Positions 61,801 through 64,000 of a stretch of 64,000 bases of DNA are shown here, piece by piece. The stretch spans positions 143,096,001-143,160,000 of the forward strand of contig OZ024740.1 in assembly GCA_964016885.1 (NCBI GenBank). Direction: 5' to 3'. The notes under the pieces are model-generated. The model saw only the letters and a program-made list of their open reading frames with translations, was not told the DNA's origin and ran no database searches. Position 1 is the first letter of the stretch, and each line of letters starts with the position of its first letter. This DNA comes from Eledone cirrhosa (lineage: Eukaryota). A program made the translations under genes and the position numbers.

Positions 61801-64000
61801 AGGTTGAATGATCGAACATTCCTGTTCCAATTTCTGAGACTGAATCAGTTGATGTATGGAGGAATGTGGACTGTTTTTCTTGAAATCTTGCTGATATTGT
61901 TGGTAAAGCAGGTTGTTCATGAGTTATAAATCTAGTATTAATTCCTACTGTTGGTATTTTAAATCCAACTCCATGGCTTGTTTTTTTGTGAGAATCCAAT
62001 GGATCTTCTTTTGTCTTAAAACTGAGATTAGTTGGGGGTATTTTGTCTTCTGTTGTTTTCAGTATGTTCTGGTCAGTTCTTTTCCCACTTACTTCATGTT
62101 CAGTAATATATGTAAAAGACAAATTCTTAGCAACTGTTTGAGTTCCTTCAGTTGTTTCTATCAAAAGTGTTTTTGGTTTCAGGAATGAATCCCCCTCCAA
62201 AAAATCTAATTCTGATACTTCTGTTCTTCCAGTGATTCTCTTCCTTTCTTTATCTATATCTGTTCCTTTAAAAAACATCTGCCTGTTAGTGTCACTTGTT
62301 GGTGCCGTCTCTTCTTTCAATGTTTCAGAAATGTTAACATGCTTTTCCGTGCTCTTTAAAGCAGTTGTTGATTGAGGAATGGTTGGTTTGTGTGAGATAT
62401 CAGGTTCTTCAACCAGAATATCAGGCAAGATCTGATGTAGTTGATGGATGCCTCTGTTAATTGGAGAAGCACCCAAATGATGCTGATATTCACTGTATTC
62501 ATCTTCTGGTGTAAGGTGTATCTTTTTATCCTCCAACTGAGGTAATGACTCTCCAAGTTCTATCTCGCCTAGTAGATGTTCACCCTCATCCACATACGAT
62601 GCTTGGGATATTATCAGATCCTTTTCGGTGTCTTTCTTTAAAATATCAATGTTTCTATCATCAGCCTGTGATATTGTTGGTTTAACTGTATGTCCACCCA
62701 GTCCCCATTTCCCTATAGTTCCTTCAATGTATACAGAACTGTTTATTCTATCATCATGCATTTTTTCTATAGTTTCAGTACTGTTCTTTTTATCTCTCCA
62801 GGTTTCCTCAGGCAGCAGATTATAAGAATTCTCATCGTATATCAAAAATGCATTTGCTGAGGTTAGCTTTGGAATTTCTGTGGCATTTGCATCATCAGTC
62901 TGTAGCATTTCCCCTAAAAATGTTGGTTCTTTATACGTTTGGCTTGAATTGAAATCAATAATAGGAATTCCTTCTAAATTAGCCAAACTGCCTTTTGATA
63001 CCTGTTGGTCTTCCTTACCAAATGTAAGCAATCTTTGGTGAGTGCTGTCTTTACTTATTTTGACAGATGTATTATCTAAATCTGAATAAGATGGCTCCAA
63101 AGAAATTCCATAAAAAAATGAAGACTGATTTGGTTCAGTTTCAATCTCTTCTGTAGTATTATCTATCTCTTTTAATTGACTTTCCATTCCTTTTATGTCA
63201 ATATCTTTTGATGTTTTAGAGATATTCAGAAATTGTGGTGAGTGTGTTGAGGTGAGTGGAACATCTGTATCAACAAGTCGTTCTTTTGTTTCTGTGAAAG
63301 AAACATTTTGAATCATATTTCCCTTACTGGGATAAGACCATTTGCGAACAATATCTTTTATGTTGGTTACTAAGCTAGGCTGAAATGAGTTAAAGATTTT
63401 CTTTGGAGTTACAGAAAAAATGTTATGATCAGTTTCTTTAAGATCTATTTTCTTGGCATCAGTTTTGTTTTCAACAGTGGTTTTATTTTGATATATAATT
63501 GTTGCAGATGTTGATAAGATATTACTTGGGGATACCTGAAATTTATTTGGTAAGTCTTTTTCTGTTACACCCAGCGGTTGACCAATGAAATCAGAATAGT
63601 AGCTGCTTCCAGAAGAATAATGTTTCACATCACCATCATCAACATCTTCTACTAATTCATTATCATTGGGCTTGGCAATGTCTATTTCTTGTGTTCTACT
63701 ATCATCTTCATCATCATTAATATCTCTTTGGCTTTGTAAGAGCTTTGTATCACCATGGCTATCTTGAAATAACTTTGCTTCTCTGTGGCTGTGTTTTGAG
63801 TGTTTCCCTTCCCAAAGACTATCATGTGAGGGGTTCTTATCTCCAAGGCTATCTTGCGATTGCTTTCCTTTCCATAGATTAGAACGTAAGTGTTTTTTCT
63901 CTCCATTGATACCTTGTAACTCTATTTTTTCTCTAAGATTATCACGTGTGTGTTTTTTTCCTCCATGGCTATCTTGTGAGAGTTTTCCTTCTCCTTGACT
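12361..64000 (-). CDS. Giant mucin/zonadhesin/IgGFc-binding-protein-like gene, probably extracellular (5'-partial). Exons: >64000-55393, 53685-53473, 51842-51594, 37117-36915, 35814-35664, 31709-31608, 27615-27356, 21520-21240, 19969-19704, 18472-18276, 16483-16276, 12923-12361
   Basis: All 11 introns are GT-AG with matching phases (1,1,1,0,1,1,0,2,1,0,1). The joined length of 11301 nt is one open frame ending in TGA at 12361. Domain order C8-TIL-TILa-EGF-VWD-C8-TIL-TILa/EGF-VWA is typical of the VWD/TIL family. Confidence 0.88.
13565..15178 (+). mobile_element. 5'-truncated RTE-type LINE (RT containing a Cys-rich finger), pseudogenised
   Basis: YRGIKL...QFGF...[11 protein letters not shown]...[10 protein letters not shown]...LYADD...CSIC-CTQC-WVHKRC-CSRC...RLRWYGHV; stops and frameshifts; (ATG)n tail. 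Confidence 0.92.
15289..15627. repeat. Inverted repeat carrying a degenerate hammerhead (CTGATGA at 15532, GAAA at 15558)
   Basis: 15289-15378 is an internally deleted reverse complement of 15524-15627. Confidence 0.5.
16276..16483 (-). CDS. Exon: TILa plus EGF-like module
   Basis: [16 protein letters not shown]...[22 protein letters not shown]...C. Confidence 0.87.
16877..17286 (+). mobile_element. Possible solo LTR
   Basis: TGTA...TACA ends, GC-richer interior, AATAAA near 3' end; no TSD found. Confidence 0.3.
18276..18472 (-). CDS. Exon: TIL domain 2
   Basis: [28 protein letters not shown]. Confidence 0.9.
18690..18930. mobile_element. piggyBac-like MITE (related relics near 21590-21975, 37195-37380, 37700-37935)
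   Basis: TTAA-CTCTTT...AAAGGG-TTAA ends; internal sequence recurs at other intronic sites. Confidence 0.5.
19704..19969 (-). CDS. Exon: C8 domain 2
   Basis: [16 protein letters not shown]...[10 protein letters not shown]...[26 protein letters not shown]. Confidence 0.92.
20208..20536 (-). mobile_element. tRNA-derived SINE family B with V-domain-like core and RTE-derived tail; copies at 29880-30210 and 54630-54960
   Basis: GAGGCACATGGCTTAGTGGTTAGAGC...GAGTTCAATTC head; CCTTGAGCAAGGCACTTTA core; tail CCCACCCTTGCAAGCAGG...CGTAAATGATG. Confidence 0.88.
21240..21520 (-). CDS. Exon: VWD domain, C-terminal half
   Basis: [10 protein letters not shown]...GVSVSYD...[18 protein letters not shown]...D. 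Confidence 0.9.
22785..23652 (+). mobile_element. L1/Tx1-like LINE 3' fragment
   Basis: C-terminal knuckle [19 protein letters not shown]; T-rich 3' UTR ending AATAAAGAAATC. Confidence 0.65.
24058..24400 (+). mobile_element. Short 5'-truncated copy of the R4/Dong-like LINE
   Basis: Near-identical to 26859-27180; (TAA)n on both sides. Confidence 0.9.
24615..27198 (+). mobile_element. R4/Dong-like non-LTR retrotransposon (RT, CCHC, restriction-like endonuclease), 5'-truncated, with stops
   Basis: KSPGPDG...YRPITCL...WIDYKKAF...[11 protein letters not shown]...LFMDDL...[14 protein letters not shown]...RPDLVV...IVDV...EKINRYQDL; inserted in (TAA)n. Confidence 0.9.
27356..27615 (-). CDS. Exon: VWD domain, N-terminal half
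   Basis: [29 protein letters not shown] matches the C-x-x-x-GDPHYxTFDG start of VWD. Confidence 0.87.
27655..29550 (-). mobile_element. Second RTE-type LINE fragment with a 48-bp tandem array (about 8 copies, 27830-28225) in its 3' region
   Basis: RQLQEKYL...EKAFDRVP...[12 protein letters not shown]; unit GTGACACCTACATGACCACTTTACAGTGTGGGCTGGGTGCTTTTTGTC; (GAT)n tail. Confidence 0.85.
31608..31709 (-). CDS. Exon: EGF-like domain
   Basis: [31 protein letters not shown]; 102 nt, phase 1-1. Confidence 0.88.
31896..35228 (+). mobile_element. Tandem non-autonomous Helitron-like elements (31896-34420 with nested insertions; about 34650-35228)
   Basis: 5' A|TCTATACTATAATAAAG; two 3' hairpins AGAAAACCACCC..GGGTGGTTTT ending CTAG|T at 34420 and 35228; 34660-34870 is a diverged copy of 31920-32390. 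Confidence 0.6.
32760..33462 (-). mobile_element. CRE-like non-LTR retrotransposon 3' fragment (RLE domain)
   Basis: [17 protein letters not shown]...AERNKILKY...QPVAFKTFG...[15 protein letters not shown]; A-rich tail. Confidence 0.75.
35664..35814 (-). CDS. Exon: TILa/VWC-like module
   Basis: [16 protein letters not shown]...[17 protein letters not shown]; TTTCAG acceptor, GTAAGT donor. Confidence 0.82.
36915..37117 (-). CDS. Exon: TIL domain 1
   Basis: CPENMTF...CRITC...[28 protein letters not shown]; canonical splice sites. Confidence 0.9.
40183..42548 (+). repeat. Direct duplication of about 1 kb (40183-41200 and 41532-42548), each containing a decayed mariner transposase fragment
   Basis: Offset 1349 bp; [11 protein letters not shown] motif and HTH-like [12 protein letters not shown]. 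Confidence 0.85.
42860..42998 (-). ncRNA. Hammerhead-like motif with long AT-rich stem II, between (TA)n tracts
   Basis: TATTGGCTTT-CTGAAGA...AATT-GAAACAGACGTT-GAAATTAATA. Confidence 0.45.
44885..50210 (+). mobile_element. Old RTE LINE fragment split by the Gypsy insertion (44885-45176 plus 49846-50210)
   Basis: Removing the LTR element and one TSD restores GATAGACTGTATGATGCCTGTGTG, homologous to 14705-14726. Confidence 0.8.
45177..49845 (+). mobile_element. Full-length decayed Ty3/Gypsy LTR retrotransposon (gag-PR-RT-RH-IN)
   Basis: LTRs 45177-45431 and 49588-49845; TSD ACTG; PBS TGGTGACCACGACGT (tRNA-Trp-like); PPT GAGAGGGGAG; gag WFTQLDAYF and CWY..F...A.HC..PC; PR VDTGS; RT YVDD; RH DAS..RELLA; IN MDIIG..TTDRG..SNGMVER; frameshifts and stops. 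Confidence 0.96.
50715..50786. repeat. 72-bp perfect spacer-less palindrome
   Basis: AAATTCCAAGATCTCAGAGAGCTTGTACATGCCAAT|ATTGGCATGTACAAGCTCTCTGAGATCTTGGAATTT. Confidence 0.95.
51594..51842 (-). CDS. Exon: C8 domain 1
   Basis: [12 protein letters not shown]...[10 protein letters not shown]...[27 protein letters not shown]; TTTTTTTCAG acceptor, GTAAGT donor. Confidence 0.88.
53473..53685 (-). CDS. Exon with a 4-Cys linker (possibly a degenerate VWD remnant)
   Basis: Acceptor TTTTCATCTTAG, donor AG/GTATGA, 213 nt, phase 1-1, in frame with both neighbours. Confidence 0.75.
55393..64000 (-). CDS. Giant exon (>=8608 nt) encoding a low-complexity Ser/Thr/Asp/Glu/His/Lys-rich mucin-like region
   Basis: 2769-aa ORF. 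Manual translation shows the frame stays open from 63628 to 64000 ([14 protein letters not shown]...). Donor GTGAGT at 55392-55387 after ...KKESV. Cys-free up to the donor. Confidence 0.9.
59385..60250 (-). repeat. Coding 90-bp tandem repeat, about 9.6 copies ([27 protein letters not shown][G/S]EF)
   Basis: Near-identical units differing at two recurrent positions. Confidence 0.95.

Overview
AT-rich, repeat-dense animal DNA. The (TA)n/(CA)n tracts, SINE families and RTE/Penelope content suggest a cephalopod, probably an octopus (inference). About 52 kb is the 3' part of one minus-strand gene with 12 exons visible, all GT-AG and phase-compatible. It has a >8.6-kb mucin-like exon (open to the window edge; Ser/Thr/His-rich 10-, 18- and 30-aa repeats) followed by C8-TIL-TILa-EGF-VWD-C8-TIL-TILa/EGF and a C-terminal VWA, giving >=3766 aa in the window. 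Its introns hold a full-length decayed Ty3/Gypsy element (LTRs, tRNA-Trp PBS, 4-bp TSD), RTE, R4/Dong-like, CRE-like and Tx1-like LINE pieces, Helitron-like, mariner and MITE relics, and two SINE families. The region downstream of the gene (1-12 kb) holds Penelope fragments and many hammerhead-ribozyme motifs, often as inverted pairs in (TA)n tracts. It also holds an unusual cassette: a fold-back element, a SPOP-type BACK-like exon and an intron-containing SGNH esterase. All calls were made by eye; no searches were run.
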